Assembly (NCBI RefSeq): GCF_001194135.2
Contig: NC_068997.1
Location: 4,610,365-4,674,364 of the forward strand
Reading direction: 5' to 3'
DNA from: Octopus bimaculoides
Lineage: Eukaryota
Length of the DNA stretch: 64,000 bases
Shown one piece after another: positions 34,550 through 47,609 of this stretch; positions within the stretch are counted from its first letter, which is position 1; every line of letters begins with the position of its first letter. The translations under genes were made by a program, and so were the position numbers. The notes under the pieces were generated by a model. It worked only from the letters and a program-made list of their open reading frames with translations. It had not been told where the DNA came from and made no database searches.

Positions 34550-35175
34550 GGATCTTGTTCAAAACGGGGGCACCAGTATTTTCTTAACGAAACACTTTGA
34601 AACTTGGGACACTGGTAGAATGTGTCATATAAAACATCTTTTACTCTTAGTCTTCTTAACAAAAAAACGTACATCGCAAGTTATTTCATGTTAAAGTTGT
34701 CGTATTTCTGTAATTTCAATCAATCACTGACGTCTATTCAGCTGAATAGAGTTACTGCTCTCCGGTCATAAAAACGTTATTCCCTGTGACATATTTCATC
34801 CGGTTTAATCGTAATTTATACGCATATATTGTTTATATAATAAATTACGCTGTGCGTATCTATGTGTGTAACAATTTTAGAGTTCGGATTCTAGAGTTAG
34901 GGTTAGTTTTAGGGTTAACAGTCTAGTTAGGGTTAGGGGATTAATACGATATACACCGTTACAGCGCTAACTGTTTTCAACTGAATAGACGTCAGTGATT
35001 AGTAGAAATTATCGAAATAAAACAATTTTTTACATGAAATACATTCGAATACAAAATTTTTTTTCTGTTCTATAACACAAAATAGATAAGTATACGAAGT
35101 TTGAAAGTCTTTCGGTACCAAAAACACTACATAAAACATAAATGAAAACTGGTGCCCCCGTTTTGAACAAGATCC
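34550..35175. mobile_element. Non-autonomous TIR element, 8-bp TSD, internal TTAGGG-like tract
   Basis: TIRs GGATCTTGTTCAAAACGGGGGCACCAGT / ACTGGTGCCCCCGTTTTGAACAAGATCC; perfect TSD GTAATTTT; GTTAGGGTTAG..TTAGGGTT..GTTAGGGTTAGGGG at ~34888-34940. Confidence 0.92.
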
Positions 35176-35869
35176 GTAATTTTTTATTTAGAACAAGGAG
35201 TCGCTTTAGATAAGCATAGCTATGTGGTTAAGAAGTTTGCTTTGCAATCTCGTGGTGTTAGATTCAGTCCTACTGCGTGACACCTTCAGCAAGTGTCTTC
35301 TACCATAGCCCCGTACGCGAAATTTTTTCCCACGTGAGTTCCAGACCCCAGTAATGAACTCATTTGCATACAGCCAATCAGAGTTCACCTTTAAAATCCA
35401 CAAACTGAACTGCTACAGTACAGATGCCACTATGTGAGTACTGCATAGTAGATCTCACATAAGTACCACCACCCGCCCTCCACCATCCTCATAGATCAAT
35501 TCAGCACCATCACTGTATGAAGCTAACATTAGGTACCTATGCTCAGACTGAAATTAGTGATACTGCATGTACCCATTGATATATGCAAGTAGGGTGCAAT
35601 ACGACACAACACCATATTGATTACGATGTTTCCAGATCAACACCAACATTTTAAATTAGGAATGTACAAAATCAGTCAAAAAGATCAGGAAACTACACTC
35701 ATCTACATTTTCTAGTAAATTACACAAATTTGCATCATCGGTGAGCAGCTCTCCATTCACTTTATACACTAAATTTCCCATTTGTTGCCCTTATTAACCC
35801 GTTTAGAACTTACATTTTGCTATAATGCACATTTTCCACCTAGCCACGAAATTACTCTGGTTGTATTCA

Positions 35870-37140
35870 GTTTTGGTACCTGGCATTTGTGACATAATTT
35901 CTTCAGCAGTTCTCATGGAATAATGTTCTCTTTTTGTGGCATGATTGAGATCTTTTGTGTCTATACAGATCCTAATCTTGTTTGGTTTCACTACTGTCAC
36001 CATGCAATTAACCCAGTTTGTGGGTTGAGTTTCTTTGATGACAACTCCAAGCTTGGTCATTCAAGTTCTGCTTGCACCTTATCCATCAAAGCAGTAGGTA
36101 CTTTTCTCATCGAGTGTACCATGGATGTGATTTTGTCCACTAATTTTACGTGGTATTTCTCCCAGCAAGCATCTGAGTCCTTGGAACAGCTCTGGATATT
36201 CTTTCAGTATGTCTGTATTCACTTTCTGAATGTTGTGAGCTTGCACCAACTTCAATTTCTCACAGGTTTTTTTCCAGGTATACTTGGACGGTTTTCCTCC
36301 ACAACCAGGAATAGTACTTCATTTGAAGTGCCACTGGTTTCACTTGATACTGATAGTTCTATCTGTCCAAGCAAGAATCACTTTTCTTCGAAGTATGACA
36401 CAAGTTTCACTTTTGCTCTTCACGGTTCCTTATTCCTCAAATTCAAACTGTCAAACATTGATTTGGAAATAATATTGCATTGTGCACTTGTATCCAGTTT
36501 GGCTTTCACTGGTTTCTTGTTGATTAATAAGTGTTCATACCAGTCTTCATCGGTGGTCATCTGTCCAATGAATAATTCTTCAAATATTTCAATTTCTTCA
36601 AAATTGTCAAGTGTGAACATTTTTGCGTTTTCTCTCTCTAGTGTCTTGTCTGTCTTGTTTAGATGGTATTCTAGTTTTACAGATGCTGGCAAAATGATGT
36701 TTGCCTCTGCATTTGTCACAAGTTTTTCCTGAAGCAGGACATTTGTCTTTAGCATGTTTGTAACCACACTGTCTACACTGAGAGTATTCAATTGTTCTAC
36801 CTTTAGGTTCATACTTTCTTCTTGGACTCCTACTGGCATTGATGGCATTGACTTCTTTAGATACGGTTGACTATTCATCATTCAGAAATTTCAGTTGTTG
36901 TACACTGATTTCTGTAGCTCTACACATCTGTACAGTATTTTTTTCCAAATCAAGATCATGTTTTCTCAATAGTTGCCCTCTGAGGCTATCACTAAGAATT
37001 CCACAGACAATTCTGTCTTTAATGAGTCCATCATTCAATGTCCCAAGCTCACAAGTTCTAGATTTATTCTTTAAATGTTTGTGTAACTGAGATATTTTGG
37101 TTGGATTATATAGTCATTGGTGTTACATTACTTACTATAT
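35870..37140 (-). mobile_element. Gypsy (Mag-like) LTR retrotransposon internal fragment: gag, protease, RT start
   Basis: LIKDRIVCGILSDSLRGQLL; double knuckle CRQCGYKHAKDKC..CDKCRGKHHFASIC; protease KLDTSAQCNIIS; RT PTNWVNCMVTVVKPNKIRICIDTKDLN; frameshifts; no LTR or integrase seen. Confidence 0.92.
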
Positions 37141-37904
37141 TCTGTAACTGTCACAGTATACTTTTCTTGGACTGAAATTTTTGTGGGGAGGCGGGCCGGT
37201 TGATTAGATCGACCTCAGTACACAACTGGTACTTAATTGATTGAGCCCCAAAGGACAAAAGGCAAAGTCGACTTCGGCAGAATTTGAACTCAGAACATAA
37301 AGACAGACGGTCATAATATACAAACACTTCTCATGGCACCAGTACACTGCTTACAGATGCTGACATTTTTTTATGTTTTCCATGAATTTTTCATGGGTCC
37401 AGCTAGTTATTATTATTATTATTATTAATAAGTAAAAGTAAATTGCAAAGAAAGAAGAAAAAAAGAAAAGTACTCAAAAAACCAAAGCCCCAAATCTTCA
37501 AAACACTAAAATATAACAAAGTATTGGATTAGCCATGATTCTATACCATTATATATATCTAGTGATTGTAGCCATGATAACACTGACTGTTCAGTCATGC
37601 CATGTCTCTGGGATTACTTGATAAAAGCACAGATTTTATTAGTGGACATGGTCTTACTTAGAGTGGTAAATGAGATGCAGTGTAAGACACATGACCTCTA
37701 GCCCTGCTTTCATGTCGCAAAGAAATAATGGAATCAACTTATTTACTTTTAGAAAAGTGAAGTGGCAGAGATTTAAAGAATTAGCTGCATAAGCAATCTA
37801 CATGCACACACACTCTCACACACTCTTGTACACACGCATACAATGTCATTCATGTGTGTAAATGTATGAATCTCTCCCCCTCTCTCTATATATATATATA
37901 TATC

Positions 37905-38275
37905 CTTTACCTTTTACTTGTTTCAGTCACTTGACTACAGCCATGCTGGAGCACTGCCTTGAAGGGGTTTTTTTTAGTCGAACAAATCAACCTTAGGACA
38001 TATTTTTTTCAAGCCTTGTTCCTTTTCTATTAGTTTCTTTTGCCAAACTGCTAAGTTACAGGGATATAAATGCACCAACAGTGGTGGGGAACAAACAGAC
38101 AATGACACAGACATAGATATATGCATATATATGTATATATACATATGACAGGCTTCTTTCAGTTTCCGTCTACCAAATTCACTTAGAAGACACTTGCCCA
38201 AGGTGCCACAAAATGAGAATGAACCTAGAACCATGTGATAGGGAAGGAAGCTTCTTATGACGCAGCCGTGTGTTC
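37905..38275 (-). mobile_element. SINE family A, near full length
   Basis: CTTTTACTTGTTTCAGTCACTTGAC.. through ..CACTTGCCCAAGGTGCCAC..GAAGCTTCTTA. Confidence 0.8.
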
Positions 38276-38630
38276 TTGAGCAAAGCACTTCATTTCATAT
38301 TGCTCTGCAATCAATTCGACTTCTGACATGTGGCACCCAGTTGTACCTGTGCAGGTAATGTCGATTTGATGGAGGGAGTGAGCTTATGTCCTGTGTGGTT
38401 GTTCGGTAAGAAATTATTGAACCCTCATATGTTGTCTACCAACAGGAGAGTCCATGATTATTTTATATATACGAGACTACTCATGACCTGTTGGATCACT
38501 AGGAAAGTCTGAGTTTCCCTGCAATGGAATTTTGTTTTGTGGGTTTATTTTCTTTTCCAGTTTATTTTGCATGCTTTCAACAAATGTGACATCAAAACCA
38601 TGCATAAGCGGCTCCTTTTTCCTTAAATCG

Positions 38631-38747
38631 AAGATTTGGCTGCTATTTCTTGCACGCCCTGCTACCCTGTAATAGGTATTTTGGATCCTTTATCGCAAAT
38701 AGCAGTTATGTGGTAGCAGGGTATGCTAGAAATAGCAGCCAAATCTT
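38631..38747. repeat. 36-bp-arm inverted repeat
   Basis: AAGATTTGGCTGCTATTTCTTGCACGCCCTGCTACC / GGTAGCAGGGTATGCTAGAAATAGCAGCCAAATCTT, ~45-bp loop. Confidence 0.85.
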
Positions 38748-38861
38748 TGGAAGTGAGATACGTTGAATGCACTCAAAAAATCTATGGAAAAAACTATTTC
38801 ACATTGAGGTTACAAATGGGTCTTTTACAAAATCGGTTGATAGAGATCATTTTACTTCATC

Positions 38862-39060
38862 ATCATTATCATCATTTAATGTCTGTTTCCTATGTTGGCA
38901 TGGGTTGTACAGTTTGACAAGATCCAGCAAGCCACAAGGTGAACTCCTGTGTCAGCTTTGGTATGTTTTCTATGGCTAGATGCCTTTCCTAACACCAACC
39001 ACATACAGCATGCAGTGGATGCTTTGTTTTGTGCCACTGGCACATGTGGAGTAGCCACAT
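38862..39060 (-). mobile_element. SINE family C (RTE-type tail)
   Basis: (CAT)n-TTTAATGTCTG..GGCATGGGTTG..GCTAGATGCCTTTCCTAACACCAACCAC; another copy at ~39505-39700. Confidence 0.75.
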
Positions 39061-41389
39061 AAGTTCCAAGACAGAAAAAGAATGGTAAAAGGAAAAAGGG
39101 GAAAGCCCCCTCCCAGGGGAGAGGTGAGTATTAGGAAGAAGGGAATGGCTTTATGCCAGGCGCTGAGAGGCTAAAGTATGATAGCAGGATAGCAGAATGA
39201 GCACAAGTGTCTTGCTTCAGAGGAAGCACATAGACTCATGACTACCCTTCATTATATAAGGATGAGTAATAGTAGCTGGGAAGAAAATAAAGGTGGTAAT
39301 GATGGGGTGTGAGAGCAAACTCTCAAGGTACAAGAAGTTGAGCATGAGAAGAGATACAGTCAATAGGTCAGGGGATGCTCACACATGTACTTGCCCACAC
39401 ACACACATGCTTGCCCATACTTACACATATGCACACATTATGTTCACATACACACTCATGCTTGCTCACACACACACACACACTTTAGCTACTTATATCA
39501 TTGTCATCATCATTAACATTTAACGTCCGTTTTCCATGCTGGCATGGGTTGGTCAATTTGACAGTAACTGGCATGGCACCAAGTTCCATAGTCAGTTTTT
39601 GCTTGATTTCTCTGGCTGGATGCCATTCCTAACACCAACACTCCACAGAGAGTACTGGGTGCTTTTTACCCATACCAATGCTTTTCATGTGGCACCTTGG
39701 TTTTGGGGTCTCAAGATAATAACATACACTTATATACATGTGATGATAACAATAATGACATCTGAGAAACTGACAGGTTTTAAGTTATATTTAACAACTA
39801 CTCAAAGTCAGTGCTATCTTAAGGCCTGAGCATAGTGGACAGTTGCCCAAGGACCTCACAGATCAAGCGACCCATGATCCATGGATGCTACAGCATACAA
39901 TCAATAAATAGCTACTATAAGGCCCAGTCCATTGGTTTACCCAGTTGCTAAAATGGCTCTGCCTGAAATATCAAGGCCCAATACACTCATTTTCACAGTT
40001 TTATTGAAGACATATTTATCTTCTGTTTATAATTGTTTCTAGAACAGACATAAGGCTTAAAATTTGGAAAAGATGTAGATAGGTGATATTATATCTAATC
40101 CAAGCCCAGAAGGATGAAATGCATAGTTACCCTCTTCAGGATTTGAACTTAGAATATAATACCACCACAAAGCATTTGTTTGATGCTCTACTGAACCCCG
40201 TTAATCCACAATGTAATATTTTGTCTTCTATCTCTAAATTAGATATTGATTTCTATCAGGTATTAAAACATTATGAAGCAATATGGAAGTGTGGGTATAT
40301 GGTGGGTTAGGGTAGGGTTGTGTCAGGTGAGAATGTGTGTGGGGGGAAGTGAGCGGGAGAGGGGTGGAAAAGAAGCTATTATTTAAACACAGCTTTCATT
40401 TTCCTTCATAGTTGTTGTCTTAGATAATAATACCAGACAGCCAGTAACTTACAGAACTCTAATTGAAATAACAATGAATTATTTATAGGAGATAAGAAAA
40501 AAGCCTTTACATAGTTGCTGAACTTGCTAGTAATAGCAGTCATAGCTCCCTACAAGCACCAATGAAACATAATATAGTGTAATCTGAGCTACATGTAAAT
40601 AGGTACCATAGACTTTCTAGCCATAACTAGGTACCATGCACACTTTAGTAATGTTTCCTACATTTTTTCTATCTCCAAGACACTCAACTGTCAACTGTTC
40701 ACTTAGCTGTACTTTAGTACTTCATATGGTGCAGTTTCCTATACTGTGTTCATAACCAAGATACTTAATTGTCAACAGTCCAGTCTATCTAGCTGTATGT
40801 AGGTACCATAGTGTGGTATAGTTAACTGTACTGAGTCTATAATCAAGGTACTTAACTGTCAGTGCCCCATTCCACTACATTGTATGTAAGTACAACAGAA
40901 TGACATGGTACACTGTATTGAGTGTACATAGCTGTAAGTAGGTACCACACTTTGGTATAGTACGCTGCATAATGTCATGTACATGAATATTACAGTAGAA
41001 GAGACCTGAGAATATAGTGCACACAACATATTAGTGTTCACAGTTTATTGGTGAGTAAACTGTAATTAATCAATCGATGGGCTGAAATTGATGTCATTTA
41101 ACATAGTGTAATGTATGTATTTATTGGTGTTGTTAGTGTTCCAGCCATGACCATCTCATCATTATTTAGGTACACTGTCTAACATATCCTTCTGTTTAGG
41201 ACTACACTGTCTAACATATCCTTCATCATTGTTGTTTAGCCTCATTGTGGGTGTTGTTATTTAACACCAGGCCAGCATGGATCATGCAGACCTTTAATCA
41301 AAAGTCTTCTAGCCATGCTCAACCATTTTTTTTTTTATTCAGATATAGTTTATGTAAAATTATGCTACCCAAAGTATTTCCTATCAGAC

Positions 41390-41900
41390 AACATGGATGA
41401 ACCTCATTTCTAAACTCATCAAAAATGCCAAAGGTGTCTTAGCATCTCTGTCTTTTTAAAACTATATATGGCTGTGGTGCATCCACAGTTTGCATCTCAA
41501 ATCTGAAATTCCCATCTTGTCCAGAATATCAACTTGCTGGAAGCTGTCCTAAGACATGCAACCAAATGAATACTCTCTATCATTGAATATATTGTGTCTC
41601 TGGGGACTGACATTCTAAAGTTCAATGTCTAGTACCTGATTTGACAGGTCTCACAATTATCCACCATTTTTCCTGCAACTTTGTGTATATTTTTAAAAAT
41701 AAATACCCCTCTTAGTCATGGACATGCTTATAAAATCAAATAACACCATGGTACCCATGACTTTTGCAAACATTTTTCTTCATACTCAGTATTGTCAAAG
41801 CATGGAATAAACTATCTGCATAATTTGTTGGCTGTCAGGACACTTCATCCTTCGAAAATTCCATGTTTCCCTAGATTTGCCGACACTACTCCTGAAGTGC
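41390..41900 (+). mobile_element. CR1/L2-like LINE 3' fragment, heavily decayed
   Basis: Remnants of ..V.P.LE.A...P.L..NINLLEAV.RHATK.. and ..GHAYKI....F....V.KAWNKL. Confidence 0.6.
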
Positions 41901-43379
41901 CTAGGCACATCTCCTCTTTGTGGTTCTTTTAATGTTCCCATTTCTGTCATTTTGTGTTTTATTCAGTGTACCAAGCATGTACTTCTTGCTTTTATTGCTG
42001 TCTTTCTTTACTGGACTTATATGTCCTCTCTTTTACCCTTTTCCGATAAGTTGTAGTATACCAGAGTACTATATATAATAAGCTCATTATTATTATATTT
42101 GACTGCCACATTGAAGAGAATCCACATGGCTGTCACATGTATAGATGTGACAGTACCAACATGTCCACACACCAGATACTGTTGTAGTTGTTTAACTTTA
42201 GATCAGTTCTTACAGATCAGAGCTATAATAGAAACAGTTCCAGCCATGACCACCACCACCACCACCACCATGTTTACATATCAGGGATTACATTGTTGCT
42301 ATTGTATCATTTATTTCTTTATTAATTTTTTTTTTTTCGAAAGATGGTGTGATATGACCTTAAGGGAGATATGGCTATTTGTTCCAGCAGGTTGAGCTGC
42401 AGTACCAATATGTCTGTGCTAGATAGGATATGTGTTGATGAATGAAGACCTCAACATATTCCAGTCTACCATTATTTCTAGATTCTTCTAAAACTTTGAT
42501 GTCTTCTGATCAAACCATTTATCTCTAAGATAGTGTTACAATGGGGAACCTCTTGGGAACAAAATCTAGACCAGACACACAGACAGACAAGCAGACAGAT
42601 AAACTGAGGCAGATATTTCTTTGTTGTTACTGTTGTTGATGCTGCTGTTATGCCAATAAACTGGCATACACATACATAATTACATTCATACATAACTACA
42701 TACATACATACATATATATATATATTTGCATACGTGTACACATGCACATAATCTATCCATTGCATGTATACATGCATGCACACTTATCATGTACACACAC
42801 ACACACACACAAACACATACATTGTATGTATGTGTGTATGCATGTACTATATATGTGTGTGTGTATTTTATATATTATACACACATTATATGTCTATTGT
42901 TATATTATTTATATGATACAGTTTTGATGCCAATCATAAGAGAAATGTCTGTTTTGTCTGTGAATCTATCGATTTAACGTTGTCTCTTAAATAATATATT
43001 GAATTATTATCATATACACACACACACTACACACACAAGCAGGCATGTGCACAAACATTCATACATGCAGACACATATACATATGTACATACATGTGTGT
43101 GTGTGTGTATTTATATATATATATATATACACACTACACATGCTAATGCATACATACACATATACCTGCTTATACAATCGCATACATCCAAGCATGCATA
43201 CACACCCATACACACACACACCCCACACACACACATACATCCCCACATACACACCCCACACACACAAGAGAATGTCCTAGCCTCTTCCCAAGAGTCACAT
43301 TGTGGTAGGTAGAACATTCTAGAACAGAGTGAGAAAGAATATATATACAACCAATAAAGCAAAGCATATTGAGATTGCT

Positions 43380-43640
43380 GGATCAAAAGAATACTGGTGG
43401 AACCTTAGAAAACACCAGTGACCAAATTCAAACACAACAGATCTGATATTGTTATCTGGGACCATGAATTAAAAGCTTGTTGTTTTAGATGTCAGCAATC
43501 CACTTGACATTAATATGAGAGGAATATTGAAAGAAAAAGAAGACATTTATGGGCCATTGATGAGGAATTTGTCAGTCCAGTACCAAAAATACACTTTCAG
43601 TTTTATTACCATTATTTTTAGAGCTGCATAGATGGTGGAC
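43380..43640 (+). mobile_element. R4/Dong-like RLE endonuclease fragment
   Basis: KEYWWN...KHNRSDIVIWDHELK..DVSNPLDIN..KEKEDIYGPLMRNL..Y.FSFITII (PD..D-type restriction-like endonuclease region). Confidence 0.75.
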
Positions 43641-45111
43641 TGGCAGAATTATTAAGTTTCCAGAAGAATTGCTATGCAGTATTTCTTCTGACTCTTTATG
43701 TTCTGAGTGCAAATCTTGATAAGATCAGTTTTGTCTCTCATCTCAATCCTTGTGCCTTGATTAGAACGCATTATTATTGTAGCAACGTCAGTCAATGACC
43801 AACCCATTTGGATTAAGGTATGGTTGAACTTGGATTCTTGGAGAAAGAACACTGTTACATAACTTCATATGCTACAGATGATCGTGATATCTGGGAACAA
43901 TAAAAACCTTTAAGATATTCTTAAAATTTAAAGAGTGAATGTTTATGCAAAAAATGATGAAGAGAACAAAACTTCCTTCATTTCTTAAAAGAAAAAAACT
44001 GTATTTGTTTGCAGCTGTAACTGGTGAAAATTGGAAAGAGAATAAATACATATATATATTTACATCTATCCATCAATATATTTATCTGTCGAGTAAATTA
44101 TGAGCCAAAGAAAAAAGTTGGGGATGAAATGGTAGTAGAAAGTCAATGCATTCTGGTGTTAAGGAAAGAAGTGATATTGATGTTTTGGACAGTTGGTCCT
44201 TTGTCAAGATAAGATGACAGGAAAGGAGGGTAAAACATATAGAAAGAAATGAATGTGTGTGTTTGTGGAAGAAGCAACTGTGCAGCTAATTGTAAAAGAA
44301 AGTAGGTGAGAGCAAGTATCCTCTAGCGGAGGCGAATGAAGAGAGATGATGGTTAATGTTGGACATTTATTGAAGGAACTATGTATGAGAGAGATAGTAG
44401 TGAGTGTGTGTTTGTAGATGTATGTATACATGTTTGTGTGTGTGTGAGAGGTGTGTGAATATGTGCATATGTATGAGCAACTGGCATTTGTAAGCAAGAG
44501 CGGTGGAGATGAAGGGACTGATAATCAAATGCTAGCACAATTACAATTAAATGTAATATTGACTGAACAGAATGTTGAGATATTGACATAAAATTACATA
44601 TAATGAGTTGAAGGAGATATTGGTGTTATGAGATGTAAGATCAAATAAGATAGGGAAAACATAAGTGTAAACGAGACTTATATACACATGAGTACATTAA
44701 TCCATACATACATAAAGAGAAATGGACTCACACACACACACACACACACCTATGCACAACAGAGCAGACATAATGATCTGAAAACTAAAGAAGAAATGTT
44801 GAATGTTAGTTGTCCAGCTAATGTTTACATAATGTGGAAAAAAAAGGTGACATCTATAGTGAATTGATAAGATATATGTGGATTTGGACAATAACTTTGG
44901 ATTTATACCAGTAATTATTAAGGTGCTTGGTTGTGTAACTGTCAGAGCATCAGTTGCAACGCCAGAAAGGACACAATATAAAATTATAATTACAATCCAC
45001 TAACAGAACTGTGAAAATATGTAAAGCATAAGTATAACCTGTAGAATGTATATCTGCAGTGGTATACAGATGTGTGTGTATAGATATGTAAGTTGACATG
45101 CACATGTATAC

Positions 45112-45285
45112 AAGGCGGTGAGCTGGCAGAAACGTTAGCACGCCGGGCGAAATTCTTAGCGGTATTTCGTCTGCTGCTACATTCTGAGTTCAAATTCCAC
45201 CAAGGTCGACTTTGCCTTTCATCCTTTCGGGGTCGATTAAATAAGTACCAGTTACGCACTGGGGTCGGTATTATCGACTTAATAG
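45112..45285 (+). mobile_element. SINE family B, young copy
   Basis: AAGGCGGTGAGCTGGCAGAAACGTTAGCACGCCGGGCG...GTTCAAATTCC..AAGTACCAGTTACGCACTGGGG. Confidence 0.88.
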
Positions 45286-45754
45286 CACATGTATACATAT
45301 ATGCATACAGGAATGGCACCTGGCTGTAGAAAATCTGCTTCAATAAGCTCTGTTCAACCCATGCACCCATGGAAAAGTTTACATTAAAATTAGATGGAAA
45401 ATGATTATAACACATATAAATACTTACAAGTACACATGCACATATATACATGCATTTATACACTTGTACATAGAGAAAAACCTGGAAAATATGTGTGTGT
45501 GCTTATAAAAGTGGTTGCTTGGCAATTAATGTTAGAAAGTAAGTAGGTGAAGTCTAAATGATTTGTTGCAGAGGAGCATGTACACAATGGCTGGCTAATG
45601 TCAGATATTTGAAAAGAGTAACATCCTACAAGTAAGGAACTCTTTAGAAAGTACTCACTTCCTGATGACCCCCCACACAAACTCTAGAATTACAAAACTA
45701 GCATATCTTATCCAAAAGGCATGGAAGAGAAACATACTGTATACTACAAAAATG

Positions 45755-46322
45755 GGATCTATTTTAAAACGGGGGCCACATTTTTCATTAATGTTTTACG
45801 TAGTGTTTTTGGTACCGAAAGACTTTCAAACTTCGTATACTTATCTATTTTGTGTTATAGAACAGAAAAATATTTTTGTATTCGAATTTATTTCATGTAA
45901 AAAATTGTCTTATTTCGATAATTTCAACCAATCACTGACAAGTATTCAGTTGTTTATATTTACTCCTTTGGCTGATTAAGCGATGTAAAGCGTATTTAAT
46001 CTCCATACCTTCGTTTTATTTGCTTTTTTCATTTTAAATTTGCTTTAACCCTAACCCTAACCCTAGGGTTAGGGTTAGGGTTAATTGTTTCAGAATCGTT
46101 TGTTTATGTAGTCGGCACTTAATGTATATCGGCTGAATGGACATCAGTGATTGGTTGAAATTACAGAAATACAACAACTTTAACATGGAATAAGTTATGG
46201 ATTTCTTTTTTTTTTAAGAAGACTAAGAGAAAAAGATGTTTTATATGACACATTCTACAAGTGTTCCAAGTTTCAAAGTGTTTCGTTAATGAAAAATGTG
46301 GCCCCCGTTTTAAAAAAGATCC
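45755..46322. mobile_element. Non-autonomous TIR element (same family as 34550, opposite orientation) with a telomeric palindrome
   Basis: TIRs GGATCTATTTTAAAACGGGGGCCACATTTTT / AAAAATGTGGCCCCCGTTTTAAAAAAGATCC; perfect TSD CAAAAATG; TTAACCCTAACCCTAACCCTAGGGTTAGGGTTAGGGTTAA at 46045-46084. Confidence 0.92.
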
Positions 46323-46329
46323 CAAAAAT

Positions 46330-46960
46330 GCTATACATGGGTATGCTTAAAATAAATTTGAAGATGGCAATAATATTAACACTGGACTTGTAACCATTAT
46401 ATCAAATCTTGAAAATTATGCTTTTGCAATTCAAGTGCAGGGAGTAGCTATAAAATATCTAATGAGCAAAAGTGGCAGTGAAGCCTTTAAACTTCTAAGA
46501 TCCTACTCAAGATGTTGATTGTATCATACTTCTATGGAAGATATCACACATGTGATCAGCGGGTACCCAAAAATGTAATCAAGATACTACCTTCCATTGC
46601 AACACGATGTTGCAAAAACAATTTACAATGCCATCTGCAGAAAAGATTATTCTGGGATAAATATAGACAATGTTCTTGTTAGTGAATACATACATGCATA
46701 TCAATAAAGAATATTGGTGGAATATTCCTATCAAAATTCCTGCTAAGTACAAACATAACGAAGTTGAGATGGGAAAGAAAAAGCTGCCCAGCAGATGGGA
46801 ATGTTTTTTTCCAAAATCAGAGAAAAGGGGAAACCTGCAGCTCCTTTACCTTGATTATAAATTTACATTTATACCAGTAATTATTGATGTACTAGGCTAA
46901 CTTAATAAATGTTGAAGTGACAGTCTGGAAATGCTAAGATTTTAACAGACTTTACAAATA
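46330..46960 (+). mobile_element. R4/Dong-like (RLE) C-terminal fragment
   Basis: LENYAFAIQVQ..KYL..SRC*LYHTSMEDITHVISGYPKM*SRYYLPLQHDVAKTIYNAIC..NKEYWWNIPIK..YKHN. Confidence 0.8.
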
Positions 46961-47609
46961 CAAGTGGAATAGTAAAAATATGCAAAAAATTTCTGAAGTT
47001 CAACTGTTATCCAAATTCCAAAAACAGAGCTTTGTTTCTTTGTTAGAAATTAGAAATTAGCTCCTTCATCCTTAGAAGAATTCTAATAATTAAAACACAC
47101 ATACACATACATGTATATTACATATTTACCTATATACATACATATTTGTTAGTAAATATATATGTATGTAACAGTTCTCTCCGATGTTATATTCATTTCA
47201 AAAGGAATATTGTGTCTGTGCGTCTGTTTATTTTTGCAATAAATGTGTGTTTATTTCTTTTACAAAAAGTCAGCTATTTATTAGAGTCTTCAACAACAAG
47301 AGACACCAATGTGATTCATAATTTCTTTGTGGGTAATCTCAAGATTTATGCACAAAAATATTTGCAGTGCTGAAAAAAAAAAGCTGGGTTTAGTAACAGC
47401 ATTTTTAACTGATACAGGCAATGGAATTTGACCAAAAGAAATCTTCATTGAATGTAAAAATACTGTATCCCAAAATCAGCCTAGATATTGGAAAACATGT
47501 ATAAAACTGCTGTGAACAAAGACAGTAACCAGAAGATATTGCACAAATCTTTCAAAGAAAATGTAACAGTCAAAGCAGGACCAAACTGATATCAGTATTT
47601 GGGTACTTA

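Noticed and set aside
42099-43386. Cluster of overlapping H/T/Y/V/C-rich ORFs
   Set aside because: Translations of (CA)n/(TA)n/(TG)n low-complexity sequence; the same applies to similar ORFs at 5.7, 12.9, 44.3, 49.6, 55.4, 57.9 and 59.3 kb.
43652-43852. 66 aa minus-strand ORF as a terminal exon
   Set aside because: Abuts an R4-like relic, weak acceptor, no recognisable homology.
46045-46084. Chromosome fusion scar or true telomere
   Set aside because: Only ~3 repeats per side and located inside a TSD-flanked transposon; kept as an element feature instead.
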